Origin: Phoronis australis
Taxonomy: Eukaryota > Animalia > Phoronida
Assembly: GCA_002633005.1 (NCBI GenBank)
Contig: NMRA01000113.1
Span: 903,194-967,193, forward strand
Length of the DNA stretch: 64,000 bases
Direction: 5' to 3'
Below the pieces are notes generated by a model, which worked only from the letters and a program-made list of their open reading frames with translations, did not search any database and was not told where the DNA came from. The position numbers were made by a program, and so were the translations under genes. Below, in pieces: positions 1-14,480 of the stretch. Numbering within the stretch: the stretch's first letter is position 1; each line of letters begins with the position of its first letter.

Positions 1-2690
1 GTAACTCCGGCATGTAATGCTGTAAAATATAGTTCCTGGAGCTTACCAGTCACCAGAAAACATCGTCGACATGCAAAAACATGCGAAAAAAAAAGAAATC
101 GAACCAAGGTTCGATCATTCAGTTGGTGTTCCTGTATGAGTATTCTGGCTTTTTGGCCTGCTCAAGTAGATTTACAAACTTTCCACAAAACGAACTTGAA
201 AATATTTTGTAATTCGAATAAGTGATAAACCAACCAAATTTCTGGAAACCCACTGAAATATTTCACCCCATTGCTACGCGACGATTGCACAGAACACGTA
301 ATATTTTTCACCACTCTTGCTCTCTAGTACGATAAAAATCCTCTCTGAGGATCTGCATAGAATTCAATGCGAAATGTGAGAAAAGCTCAAGAGTAGTTAG
401 TACATCTAAGCGGAGTAATCCAGTGGAGTTATGCGTGATATTTTGTGCGATGACGTTGGATGTGAGGACTCGAGGTGAGACGGAACAGCCAATCGGACAG
501 CCGGTCTTGGCACTGCGGGGGAAACAATACCAGTCTTTTTTAAAACTCTGAAATGTTTGAATTCTTTGGTGGTATGTGGCCTTCATTTGAGGGTGGTAGA
601 CAGACAGAGTTCTTAGTTTGTGCTTGGTGTGTAATAAAGCAACTTTTGACTTACCCCACTTAGCAATATAAAATTGGGCTCATATCATTCCTTATTCATG
701 TTTCAAATGATTTCTAGGCAAGAACTGAAGAACTGAGTTCGTTATGGCTTTATCAAACCAAGGTCATAAAGTTTCTTTGTCACGGCGGGTTAGTTTCAGC
801 TGACGGGGACGTCTCTGGGGAGACATTTTATCGTGGCCAATATACGTTCAAGCAAAGGATCATTGGCAGAGCACTTACGACTGATCAGGTGACACCTGAA
901 CATAGTTTATAAATTGTCTGATTCATGGTCCAAGGTACTGGAATTGTCTGTGAGAATGCGACGCAATTTTCACAGGAATGACTGTCACCAGGTGGTGAAT
1001 ATGGTTGATGACTGACTCGACCACTAACATCGTTCCGATCTTCTGCGCGCACTCAACTTCATGCAAATCGAAAATATAGGCACTGGGCCCTTTCCAAGCA
1101 AACTGACTAAGCTGAGACAGGTGTTAAATTTCAGTCAACATAAAACTTAAATTTGTCACAAGTCTATTTCAAGAAAGAGATCTTAAGTTTGACTTAGTTT
1201 TTTTACTTAAGTTTTGCCTTCATATTAATTAACTTACCTGATGTGGAAGTTTCAAAGTTTGGAAGTTGAGACAAATCTTAAGTAAAAAACGAACTTAAGA
1301 GAGTTTCTTGGAACGAGTCCCTGACTTCATTATTTGGAAAGTCACGTGACTTGACTAGAGTGATATATGTGTCATTATTACCAGCACTTAAAAAGGCTGC
1401 AAAGAACATAAAAAGCACCGTTTCATATCATTTTGTTGTTAATGAATTATTCTATGCTATAAATAGCAAACGATGACAAATGTACACGTTGTAGGTTAAC
1501 GTTTGTTTGTCACGGTGATGCGCACTATGAATAAAGCGCAGCATACATCACGGATAGTGAGCTTATGAAAGTGTTGCCGTTAGGCCCTCTCATATACGTA
1601 GAATTAAAAGTAAAAGTAAAAGACGAAAGTTAGTAGGCCCAACTTTCGTTGCTTAGTTACTTGGTCGTATTTTTATGACCAATCGTGAACCATAGTTCGG
1701 AACCGTCTAGTCTCTAGCTAGGTAGGTCTACTAGTCTAGCTCGATCATCACGTGTCGGATTACCGACAACTGGTCACACAACATATGTTGTGGCAGACGA
1801 CGACATTTCTTGTCTCTGCTCAAAAAGTAATTCGGCAAAGAATCGTACGTCTAAATCGAGATTGAAATTTTTTTAGTAAAGAAAGCAACAGAAATGTACC
1901 CTAGTAATTAAAAGCATAACTGGTCACTTAGCATTCCTTGAGATGCCCGCCATGTTTTTTTCGACTGAGAATTCTCGCACGTGGTGAGATCAGTGAAGAG
2001 ATAATTGATCATTAGGTAACACACGCTAGGCTTCATTGGCTGATGAAGTAGATTAGGGCGGCTGCACTAGCGATGGGAGAAATGTTTCTGTGATTTTCCA
2101 GAAGTTTTTATTTATAATTCGCATTACTTCAGTCAGTCACCAAGATGGATGATTATGATCATAGTCTGATCTTTTCTATTTTTAAGCTAGGACTATTTCT
2201 TTGACAATATTGATCGTTCATTAGATGGGGACTTCAGACTGCATCAAAATTTCCGTTCGGTCTTGCTGCTGAAAAAAACTTTCACAAGCAGCGGATATGA
2301 AAATCTGTATCAACTTTGACCGCAATAACCCCCATAACGATTGAGAGCCCTGTGAGTCGCAGAGAGAAATTATAAAGTCTCAACCACGTGATTCCCACGG
2401 TTATTATTACCTTATAACGTTTTGATTATTTTCGGGCTTCCTAGTAGTCCGATTCCCCTTAGACCAATCAGAATGTAAAGATTAAGGTTAAGAAAATAAG
2501 ACCATACCCGTATGTTTTTGAGTCGACTATTCCGACATGGTGAGACCAGTTACAACAATTGTTTGGATCAGCGTCTTACTCATAACTTCACCGTTGTCTT
2601 GACTAAGACTTAAAGCAACTTGATATATGTGATACGGAAGATAAGATTACAGTTCCCCTTTCTTTCTTTCTTAATACATCTTTTTCGCAG

Positions 2691-5600
2691 GTCAGACAAG
2701 AGACCCTTTCCGAGATTGTCCAAAAAAGCCCGAATTAATTGGTCATCGACGGTGTTTGAAAGCGTGCAGCCGAGAGAGTGACTGCCGAGGTCGCCGACGC
2801 ACGTGCCTCTGTGATGACGTATGCGGCACCAGTTGTGTCAATCCGAGTAAGACTTAAAAAGTTAAATCTACATTTCGCTCTGTTTAGCTGACTAAAAACG
2901 AAAATCGATCAGCTTTTTACTGTCATAAAATCAGTTTCTCTTACCGTAATTACCAGCAAGAACATTGAAACCATCAAAGACACAAGAAAACGCCTTAGAG
3001 TTTATTGAGGTGGCCAGCCCTGAAATTGCGAATTCAAAAATGGTGCACTAGGGCCTGTGGCTCGAGTTGGTAACGGAAATAGTGTCCCGTTACGGTAAGG
3101 GATATTAGATTATTGCGACCGAGTTTATGAGACTAAAAGGCTTAAGTCGATTTGGCAAAATGCAGCTTTAAAGAGAAAAATGAATTGTGTCACCTTCTCA
3201 CGATTTGATCAAAAAAAAATATTTTACATAAATCGTAGTTTGTGAGAGTTTGCTGAAATGAAAATTGTTTTTTATCTGAAAGAACTTCTGAAATGGATGC
3301 ACTACACAACTACGAAAACAGATATTCAGACGCCGCAGCAGAGCAAAGACCACACTGTACATCTTATGAGTAGGAGACGAATGCATAATGAAATTGTCTG
3401 ACAATTATCGAAGTTGCATTATTTTCGCTGCAATTCAATTAATTAACCAGAGCTGTCGTCACTCATAATGAACACAAAGTTAGCTTTTGAATCGATAGCT
3501 GCACTGTGGTCCACTTTTGAAAAGAGTGACATCTGGTAAATCGTTTTCTGAAGGATTTCCGAGACACTAATCTTCTATATATACATGTAGCGTGTTACCT
3601 TAAATTGCAAGTTGACAAAATGAAATTAATATATACTATATCTTAATATAATGTAAACAGACGTGTGTTAATTCCTACGATACGTTGATCTTACAGATTT
3701 AAAATGTCAGCCACTGGAAGACATAGACAACGGCCGTGTCCAAATATTTCCGTACAGTAAATTCAACGCAGTCGCTAACTATTCCTGTGTACCTGGCTTC
3801 ATGCTAGAGGGTCACAGGACCCGCATATGTGTCGGCGACGGGTCGTGGACTGGCAAGAAACCAACCTGTGTCTTCTCCTCGTGTAAGTTTCATAGGACGT
3901 TTAATTGACTGTCTCCGAAAACAATTGATCAAATGTATTTGTTATCTTGAATGAGCTGTGTGACACAGCACGAGAGGGGGGAGGGGGGTCCCAAATGTGC
4001 TTATTGTTTCGGAACTCCGAAGTAAATGATAATGATGCTCTATGTCATGAAAATAATCTTGGCGCTTCTTTTAAAAATTCCTCTAATCAGACACTAGAGA
4101 GACACTATAAGCATTCATAGACCATTCTGGTGAAATGTAACGAAACTTTTACCATCTTGGCGAATAGCCAGTGTAAGGTCTGAAACACGTACTAGTTCCT
4201 AAATATAGGGCAATTTGATTTGCTTCTGTAATTGTTTTATTCGTGAAGCACGAAGCAGAAATAGAGATAATTTGGTTCCTACTTGTCTCGTTCAGTTTCC
4301 TCCTCAATGTTTTTACAGAGAAAAGAAGATACGATAGATTTATTAACTTATTTACAAATTGTACAGTACAAATATAAGAAAGGAATATGTGCAGACAAGA
4401 CGGATATCTAACAGGACTATAGGAAAACGTGTCCCGGGCGGGTGAGAGCGGGTAGTTATCAAAAACTTGAGTAGCATGCTTCGATAAAATTTCGTGGGAC
4501 AGGGTCACTTTTCAGGCATGAGCTTTACGCGTTAAATGTATGATTTTGACCATTTAACCATTTAATTATGTCTTATTTCAGGAAAGTTCACTTTACTAGG
4601 GTCATGATTTGAATGAGTGTACTTTGAAAGGGTGGATGTTTGGGATCTCTGGTACACAGCCTTTGGGGAATTTTCAAAATCCTTTGTTGCAACATACGAT
4701 CCCAAGTTTTTGGTGACTGCCCCCGGGTTTTCATTGACCTAATAAACGCAAGCATTTTAGGTAAAGATTATACTTGAAGTGAGATCTGCGAAGGAAAGTG
4801 AGGTAAATGTAGTGATTTAACAATTTTAAGAAGTAATTTACTCGGTTTAAACGATAATCGCGGGTTACTTTAAAAATGACGAATTTAATTAGTCACAATT
4901 CGTCAAAGTAACAACAACAAAAACAAACATTTACATAACTTTGAGCGGACGTTTTTAAAATACACATTTACCCAAGCTGCGACCACAGATATGTTTCCAA
5001 CAACGGCTAGACGTTTTTGTTCTAGCACCTGGTTCCACACATGGTTCGTTTTGGAACGAGAATTGAATTTTGAATGTCGGGCAACCAATACGACCAAATA
5101 CCTGACAAAGACAACTCAAAATTAAGTTATAGCGTGAGACTTCAAGACATGTAATTTTTTTTTGTAAACTTGCTGAACAGGAATCGAATCAAGAATTGGT
5201 CGGTCGCTTGCTGGTTGCAGACGACACTGACTGTGGCCATTACGTATGCCTTAAATTTGATGTGTATAATTCACCTACTTATACATGTTCATGCAAGTTT
5301 TCAAGATTTACGTTACAGTGTACTTCTGCTGCTTGAAAGACTAATCTCTGTTTTTCCAAGTTTGCGTGGGAGAAATGTTGTTTACCATAACAAAGAGTCA
5401 CTCGTTGACTAAGTCATTTGTTTAAAACGATTTCATCCTAAGTTTTTCAATTGATTGCGTGTAATATTCGTTTCTTTTTGGTCACTATTACTACGATTGT
5501 ATAGTATTTCAATTATGTTTTTGACATGTAGCCATAGACACCAGTAACAGTGCGATGCCTTGGAGACTTTTAATACCTTCACGTTGGTAGCAGTGGAAAA

Positions 5601-8600
5601 ACCACAGAAATTCAGTCTGACGGTCCAAATTCCAGTGGAGAATAACGGTAGCTGTTTCACATGTAAAATATGGAAATATATAGCTCTTTCGTATTTCACA
5701 GGTGTTGGGTAACAGTTATTGCATGACTTTATCATTACGTTAATATGATGACGTGAGCTTTGCTTGTTTACTACAATTCGGCGTGAGCCGTGTTGTTCGG
5801 GTAGCCTGATGTATCCGATCGGGAAATTTGAACTTTTCAGGCTTTAACCTAGTTAGGCCCTAAACTGTGACTATAAAGTGGAGAGTGAAAACGTTTCAGG
5901 AAATTTTTGAAATTTGCCTCACTCATCTTTGCAGGGGCGTGTAGAAGTCCTCCGCATGTGGAAAACGCACTATTCGACCGCAAGACGGGCCCATATCCCG
6001 TGGGAACAGTTGTACAATATTACTGCCGACGAGGTTACTATAGAGACGGGCTGTTCACAGCCACGTGCGGCGAGGGCTCATGGAACGGGCCAAGGATGAG
6101 TTGCATACGTGAGATTGGTTTTCCTTAGTTCAAATACACATCGCAGATTTCATGGCACGGACACCTTGCGCTTACACATTTTGCAAACACTTTACATATC
6201 CTGTTTACATTGTGATGTAAATATTTAGTAGACCTGCAAGCTAGCTAGGCTCTAGTCCAAAGGAATTAAGTTTTGAAATCCAACAGTAAATTTCAAGCCT
6301 GGGAAGAATCAAGGATCCGCGATCAAAGGCCTCGCTATCACCTCTAGGCATGAGCACCGTTCGAAGATGTCACTAGTGACTTTCTCACTAAATTCCATAA
6401 CAACGTGTTACTTACGTGGATAATGACATATCAAAAACAATACTTGAATGTCGTACTCCGGTAGCCGCGACAGACTATAATGCAGGTCCATAAATAGCTT
6501 ATACTCTTCTACCCCTTCCACGGGCCAGCGAATACTTGAATATTGTGTTTTTGTTAAAAGCAAAAAGTTGCGGACATCCGGGTGACGTTCCCAATGGCAT
6601 CAGACACGGGGATCTGTTCTTCTACCCCCACCGGGTCGACTATCGGTGTCAACCAGGTTATAGACTGATAGGACACAGTTTTCGTATTTGCAAAGATGAT
6701 GGCTCGTGGTCAAGTGATCTACCGTTCTGCACACGTAAGTAGCATAGGTCCCCGGGATGATGCATTCTTAAGATCAAGCCATAAAAAATGATACAAACCC
6801 CGAGTTGCCTTTTCTGAAACATTTTTTTTAAATCAACACATTTGAGGTCAGCTAGTACAAATACATGGCTCTTGGAAAAAATTCAGCTTTTACCGACATA
6901 TCAGTGAACTACTTTTCACTGTGCCGGGAAGCAGCATTTGTCCCGATGAATTTGTCTTTCGAGACAACAACAAAAATGTATTAGTGGGCGTACAGACTGT
7001 AGTTCATGTCCACATGCAACATAATCTACATCAGGGTTGGTTTGTATAAAACTTCAAGATTGATTCGCTAGATAAGTTTGTTTGTTGCATGACGTCAAGT
7101 CCATTCCACATCAGGTGGCAACACGACGCGGAATAACGTGAAGTCATTGTTGCTCTCTAGCGTATAACTTTTATCCAACCGAACTCTGTGGGCTTATCGG
7201 ATATTTTCAAAGCTTGTGAACTCACTGGCGGGCTAGCATGATTTCAAAGAATAAACGTTCGCCACAGCCCTAAAACTGTTATTCTGTATAACGGTGGCAC
7301 TACTATGTTTTTTGCTTTTGTTTCTTTTTTTTTTCTTTTTTTGTTGGTGAGTCAGGGGAGTCTGGGGGAGTGGCCTGCCGGTCTGGGCCTCCCTAAACTG
7401 CCTATGGAATTAACTAATTATACACTCCTTCCAGCTATTCAATGCCGCCCGCTGTATAAACCACAAAATGGCAAGGTCCTAGGCCACTCCATCGCATTCG
7501 GTAGCACGCTGATGTTTGAGTGCAATCCGGGATTCCGAATCATTGGTACAAACAAACGGACGTGTCAAGCCAACGGAACGTGGACAGGGGAACCAGTCGT
7601 TTGCCAGCGTAAGTGTACTGGCTCGGTCTTCGAGTTTTTGACACACAAGGCTGTAAACTGAAGTCATGTCACTGTAAACTGAGGAACTTTTATAAATATT
7701 TATCCCGTCACATCATATTGGTTTCCTGAGACTAATGATGCGTGGTGGTCCTAGTTTGTTCCAGTGCAGATGTCGACAGTTCGGGTCGGCTGCAACCATG
7801 TATAACTCTTACGATCACCCTTCCTTTCAGTGATAGACTGTGGTTTGCCAGAGTTTCACAACGGTGTCATTGAAGGGGACAGTACAAGCCTTGCTGCCGA
7901 AATTGTGTTCAGGTATCGAGAGCAAGTTTACTCTGTCATTTCGAGTCGAAAATTAACGCAAAATATTAAACACACCACATCTTTCGTATTTAACTTATGT
8001 AGTACGGACCTGGAAGCAGTGCACTGGCACTTATCCAAGGTCAGTGTTATCAGAAGTATCGAAACCTCAAATACATGTATAAAATAGACCATGCAGTCGA
8101 CACGCGATTTTTTCTGACAGACTGCATTTTCATTAAAAGATGGCTTTAAAGAAGCTGCGTCTCATTAAATTGTGAATATACAAATGGTGTGCCGGAAACC
8201 ATTCAAGAATCAGTTACTACAATCTCGCGAAAGTCTCGCATTGCGAGACCATTTTTATGTAAATGAGTGTGGTAATATGTCATCGTTACCCTAATAAAAC
8301 AAAGCACAGTTTTTAATATTTGTTCATTTCACTGTCAAATAACGATTTCGTAATATTTAGAATTACTAGGGTTTTTTATATGTTTGCACTTGTTTTTAAA
8401 GCGGTATGGAACTCGAAAGTTCGTCATAAATACATTTTAAACAATTCCTGACGAAAGTACCACCCTGTAACGTCTTTTGCAGAGTAATCCACTTTTCTCT
8501 GTGAGGAAATTTCCAGAAAAAAATCACGAAATTCACGCTTTTTGAAATACCCCCTCAGCATTTATGATAAATGCGCGCATGCGCTCACAGCTAATTGCTT

Positions 8601-11600
8601 GAAGTCGCTTGAAATCAAAGGTCACATTTTCCACATCAAGGAAATGTGTTACGTGTATGTCTTGCTATATACCAAACAAGGAGACGTGCTTTGCCTTGTG
8701 GGAGAAAATCGACGAAGTGGCGAGCAGTTGACATATCGTTTTTTGGAGGGAATTTCAAGCTAATTAAAAATCTTTACGAACAAACCCTAAAAAAAACCTG
8801 GTGAGCAATTTCAATTCTGTTTCAGTGGCAGAGAACCACTGATTTAGTCTGTTTACCGCGTTCCAGGCCTCTTTAATTGTATCAGTTGTGTTTTTCTATA
8901 AAATTGCATTTTATTTAAAAGTTATTCATTTTCCTGACTATACTTGCACACACAGTTAGTCACAAGGTGGCACTTGCCCAAATTTAAATATTCACGGTTC
9001 TAACGAGACATAGTTTCTTTAAATTAGTGACCGCACCCTAACACCATGTTACCTGACTCAAGACACCAGCTAATCCCTATGAAACGTCTTGCACATTTAT
9101 GCTCTGAGACTTTCACTTGAACCAGAAGTACGATAAATTGGATCATCCCATAAACAGATGCAGTGCCGGAAAATGATACAAGTAATTTTTACTCATATTA
9201 CGCGATCAATGTTTTTCAGATGTCATCCTGGCACGACATTCGAAGGTACATCGACAATGGCCAAGTGTTTGGAAACAGGACAGTGGTCCGATCAGCCACC
9301 CAAGTGTTGGAGTAAGTGTGATAAGCCACTCAACGGTTTGTCGAAAAGAGCAAAAGTCGGTAAAATGAAATTCCAAATTGTATCTGATCTCATCAAGAGT
9401 TAAAAACTTCTAAGCCTCAGTGGCTGGATAGAGACTTCGTGACGAAATTGGACAATGTGTAATTAATCAAGTGAAATGTATATATTTACATGTACAACAA
9501 AAACTATCTGTGTAACAGACAATAATTTCCACCATGGTGAAGTGAGAAGTAAGAAATGCGTGGGACTCATGGACTAGGCTAAGTAAGAAATATGTGGGAC
9601 ATGTGGTCTTGGCCACATTTTTACTAAAAATGACATGAAAAAGGTTGCCTTCGCCTTTAAAATCAAAGATCGCTACCACCAAAAAGATTGTTAACATTTC
9701 AAATGTTACGACAATCAATAAAAACAGACTATTGGTCTTGATTTTAACCCGGCCCAGTTGTATCACTGAAGATAGAGTTCTCATTTTGGAGTCTTCCGTT
9801 GTGAACTAGGCCCTAGTCCGACGGCTGGCGCTCTAGCAATTTCTAAAACATGTAATGATCATGTAACTAGTGTTTGCATCCGTATATAAGCTTCAGTGTC
9901 TGAGTGGTCAATTGCCAAACTTTATCGCCACATTGAAATCCAAGATAGCGTCCATTTAGCTGAGATTATGGGGCTAAAAATGCATTTATAAGGTGTGCCA
10001 TATAATCGTGTGATATTAAAAAGATGTTGCCCTCCGAGATGATGCCAACAACTCTGTGGGGTCATGGACTATGTGTTTTCACGGGCGCCGTTGTCACGGT
10101 GGGAACGCATAGCAATGTGTAGTGTAGTATTTACTAACACATGATTGTCACATTTATTAACGACACTAATTCCGGTCAACAGGAAAATGCATGGCCCCAA
10201 CCATAAATGACGGTGTAGTTGTGCGACGTAACCAGAACGCAGAACATAAAATGGAGCTGGACTACACGTGCGATGACGGCTTCGAGAAGCAGAAGGGTGA
10301 ACGTTCGATTTGTTACAACGGAACATGGCGCCCGCCACCAAGATGTTTACCGGGTCAGTTCTGTCTCCTTCAAAAGAATTTCTCATAAATGCGCTATTTA
10401 CCGGCCATCCTGGGGTACACTTTTTACTTTGGTCGTGGTTGGCTTATAAGCGGCCTGTGCCTTTGCTAGTTACGTGATCCAGTCATTTTTAAATTAAAAT
10501 TTTGTTAAGTTGCGATATGACTGATCGTCTTCTCAACCATAAAAGGGTCAATTTTTAAAATATCACAATACTCAGCTAACATCGTAAAATAACAAATTAA
10601 TTGAAGTCAAAGGTTACCAAATAGACCTACATCTATTTATCAGATCAGTTTTGACGGCCTTATTCGAATTATCTACGAAATGAAATTAACTGAAATTCGT
10701 GTGACTGAAGAACGTCAATTTGGGGTTTGTCTGAACCCTAATCACAACAATCCGTGTTTTGTCAGAACTTCATTGGCCTGAAGCTTATTAGCTATTACTG
10801 TCTCTTGACACCAGAAAATATTGTTATTCCGCCTCCTCTTACTCATACATGATTCGAAAAGGTTTGAGAAATCTTGTTATGCTCAGATTTTCCACAGCAA
10901 ACCGATTCAGATTTGTTTAAATTCAAGAAGAGAATTTTTGCGAATGCAAATATATATTTTTTATTTGACCCCTCAAATTAAGGAATAATAGGGCCGCCTG
11001 TCACTCTTTTTTACGCTTTTATCTTTTGAAATTGAGTAATCATTTGATATAAATCCAGCTCTTGGAAGGGGCCCAGTGATGGCATCCGTACCCTTGTCTT
11101 GTTTTTTCTGATTCATGCCCTATTTTATTAAAGGGTCACTCACTCAGGTAACCCGCCTACCGTAATGGTGTAATGAAATGGCTTTCTTGCAATGTTTTTT
11201 GTGAAATTTTAAAAATATTTCATGTTAAAATGAACCGATGATGGAAGGAGTGTGGCACGATGATGTGATGATATTTTCCAGTTTTTAAAATAATGTAACC
11301 TCCCTTGTTGGAGTATTTGGGGAACGTTCCTTTCATATTTAGAGACTTCCTCTCAAACGGGGTTCTCTCTTGGAGGTGCGGCACAAGGCATTTGCCCTTT
11401 GCCCTCTATAAATCCGGCACTGTCAACTATTCGCGAAAGTAGAAAACATTTTAAAATTGGTTATGAAGTCCCAGAATATGTCCATGCGAAGCGCAGCTGC
11501 AGTATTATGGCATGCCCAACAAACGAGAAAAAAGCAGGACTGTGAATTGTGCATAGACAATATTTTGGATGGTTTTATAACGATAAAAACATCGGTACAT

Positions 11601-12955
11601 TTCCCCAAAGAATTCCAAGATCGTTGTTAGCAAAGCATTTTTGATGAATTTGTTCATGCGGAACTCGCTTTCTGGAGTAGATCTTTTTACGTCTGCGAAC
11701 AGGTGCTAAAAGCGCATGTACTGGTAAACGTAAACAAAGCTTTCTATCTTGGAGAGCCAAATGTGCACTTGAACCGTGACAGGTTACCACTGGAATGAAT
11801 CAGAATTCCCCCTAACAGGGGTTAGAATTGGTATCAACAGGTAAGGGTGCAGGTGGGACAGAACTAGAAAAAATAACCGCGGGATTACATTTTATTCCTT
11901 CAAAAATCATGCTTGTATGGTAGTACAGTCGTCTTGGCAATGCGCCGTGTCAGTATATTGCCGACTCCAGTCAAAAGTTTAACTTGAAACAGGACGTAAG
12001 ATGCTTTCTCTTTAATTTTAGCTCCATGCCGGGATCGGCCGCCTATAATTCGTAACGGAGAATATCGTTATGTCGGCACAAACCATTTAGACAAGGTCAA
12101 ATACGAATGCAAGATAGGATATTCGCTCATGAACGATCCCAAGTTGGAATGTCGACACGGCAAATGGAGGGGTCTTACTCCATGGTGCAAACCACGTGAG
12201 TTTATTAACAGGCCAATTGTGTTACTAAACGAGTGAAGTTGTTCTACTGCAAAGTTCCTCGAATGATGTAAAAAATGTTTCTAAAGACCGATTTCCATGA
12301 AACGACATGCAACAATACGCGCATTTAGGCATTGCGGGTTATAGTATCGGCAACTCTTTTCAAAGTAAAGCCAATTTAAAAAAACAGACATACCTGTAAC
12401 GGGTGGAAACGATTCCATATGGCCTTGACTCGCAACAAAAGTGGACCAGCTTGACAATTAACAGCTCAAATTAACGGCTTAGGGAATCGTAGCCGGAATT
12501 TAGAGTCACGGCCCTGGAATTATTTCCGTCCCTGGTTTAATGTAGTCATAAATTTTCTGGACACACAGTCGGATAAAAGTATCTGCAACATTTACAAATT
12601 GAATTCGTCTGCATTAGTGGTCTTCTGTTTCAAAACTTATACCTTAGGCGCTGGATAATAACAAGCGTTTCCTTTTGCAGTTTACTGTGAACATCCAGGC
12701 AAGGTGAGACACGGTGAGATGCTATTGGTCGGTGTCAAAGGAAAATACACCTACCACGAGCACGTGCCAAACATAGGACAAGGTCAACAAATTGAGTTTC
12801 ATTGTGACCGAAACTACAAACTTGTCGGCTCAGAACGGTCAACGTGTATGAACGGACACTGGAACCCGCGACCGCGACCCAAGAAAAAGTGTGTTAAAGG
12901 AACGCATGTCAATTTACCATTCAGGTTCCGATTAGTTAGAAGGAAAAGGCAATGA
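2691..12955 (+). CDS. lev-9: LEV-9-like secreted protein (WAP domain + 8 CCP/Sushi domains); 5' signal-peptide exon(s) not found
   Basis: AG/GT-bounded, phase-compatible exons: 2691-2846 (WAP-like, CPKKPELIGHRRCLKACSRESDCRGRRRTCLCDDVCGTSCVNP), 3697-3882, 5935-6108, 6561-6734, 7435-7608, 7831-7912 + 9220-9311 (one split CCP), 10183-10353, 12022-12195, 12681-12955 (stop). Each CCP shows the C..P..NG..Y/F.C..GY/F..C..G.W..P.C pattern. WAP + 8 CCP is the C. elegans LEV-9 architecture. Confidence 0.85.
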
Positions 12956-14480
12956 CAGAATCTGAATGAAAGTGATAGACTACAAGCGCGAGCCCTCGCA
13001 TTTGGCAAAAGTGGGCAAAACGGTCCGCCTGCGAGAAACAAAAAGTCCGAGAAAATGAGACAAAAGACCACTAAACAAGCACAAAACGCGCAAGTCACAG
13101 TAGTGCGCCCGTTTTTTTTTTAGTCCTATTTTGTTACCAAAAGGTCTACAACGTTAGGAATTCGAGCCCCCATAAGGCTGGGTGCGCGCATGGTCTACAT
13201 TTGTGAGAGCATACGAACGGTGGTGGCATGTTAATAAAGAAGACGTAGAGGTGGAAGTGCAAATAATGGTTAGGTTATGTAGGACCTTATGTGTATTTTG
13301 CCACTAGTATCTACAAAACCATAGATTTTAATTAAATAAAGGTCTATATTTTCTGTCGTAGAAAGTTAGAAAAATTCGCTTTTTAACCAATAAATTTGCC
13401 ATTGAGTCACATGAAAATATAATTTTTGGTAAAATTTAGCAAAGGCACATTCATAGCAACAAAATGACCAAATTTCAGTTGTAATAAATGTTGAAGATGA
13501 AATCTCTAAAACCCTTAGTTTTCTTTTAGTTATTACAATTTTGTTTTCCTGTAAAAATCCAAGATAGTTATTATCTTTGAAAGCCCCTCTTGCACAAGAG
13601 GAACATTTAAAACAATTCCTAATAGAAGGTTGAGGAACAGTGTGATGTAAAGAATTTAATTTTATAGTTTCATGTGAATCTGAACAGCCATTTGTGAAAT
13701 AGGGTGTACCAAATTAGCCAAATGTAGAGTTTTTATAAGGCCCTACATAACCCTGAGACTTTACTTGGTTAATGTTTGTTGTCATTTTATTTTAAAAAAC
13801 ACTTCCGTAATAATGCGATCATGTAAAAATTATTAAAGTATAACATGAGTTTTTGGAGATTATTGAGCTAGTTAATCTAAAATTTGTTTTAGTTGACTTC
13901 AAATCCAGTGGTTGACTACTGTTGGAGCTCACAGCATGTCAAACTTATTTCAGACTACTGACTTACAGTTCAGTGAGGAGGACAAAATATTGTGCAGTTG
14001 AACCAAGAACAGATGTACTTTGATGATGTAAGCTGTTTAACATCTTCATTGAACTCAATGTTTATTTTACATATCTTTATTCCAAATAAAGTAACCATTA
14101 TGTACACATCAGTTTAACATGTAACAGAGTATATACATAAATACAATAAAACTGGTGCCTTAACACCCGTGGATTTAAGATGTCGTGAGGTCAACCATTA
14201 TCTTTGAAGGGGAAATGTATACGGAGCCCCTAAAAAGAGCATGCTGACAGTATTTTGGTTACGCCTGTACCAGGGGTCAGACCCCCCCTAAATCCACCTA
14301 TGGTCAGATGAACTTAACTGTCCACAGGTTACAGGTCAATGCAAACACATTGGGTAAGTCCAGCCTCCAATCATCTCAAGTCATTGACGTTCTAAACAGT
14401 ATGCCCAAGGCAATGACTGATAAATGTGACAAGCACAGTTACCAATGGAGATTGAAACATTGCGAGCTCAGAAAATCCAA

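Noticed and set aside
1085-1321. Harbinger-like MITE (GGGCCCTTTCCAAG ... CTTGGAACGAGTCCC; similar end at ~11060-11076)
   Set aside because: TIRs are too degenerate and there is no clear TSD for a confident call.
1-2690. Signal-peptide exon of the lev-9-like gene
   Set aside because: No ATG-initiated hydrophobic exon with a phase-1 donor was found; it probably lies upstream of the window.
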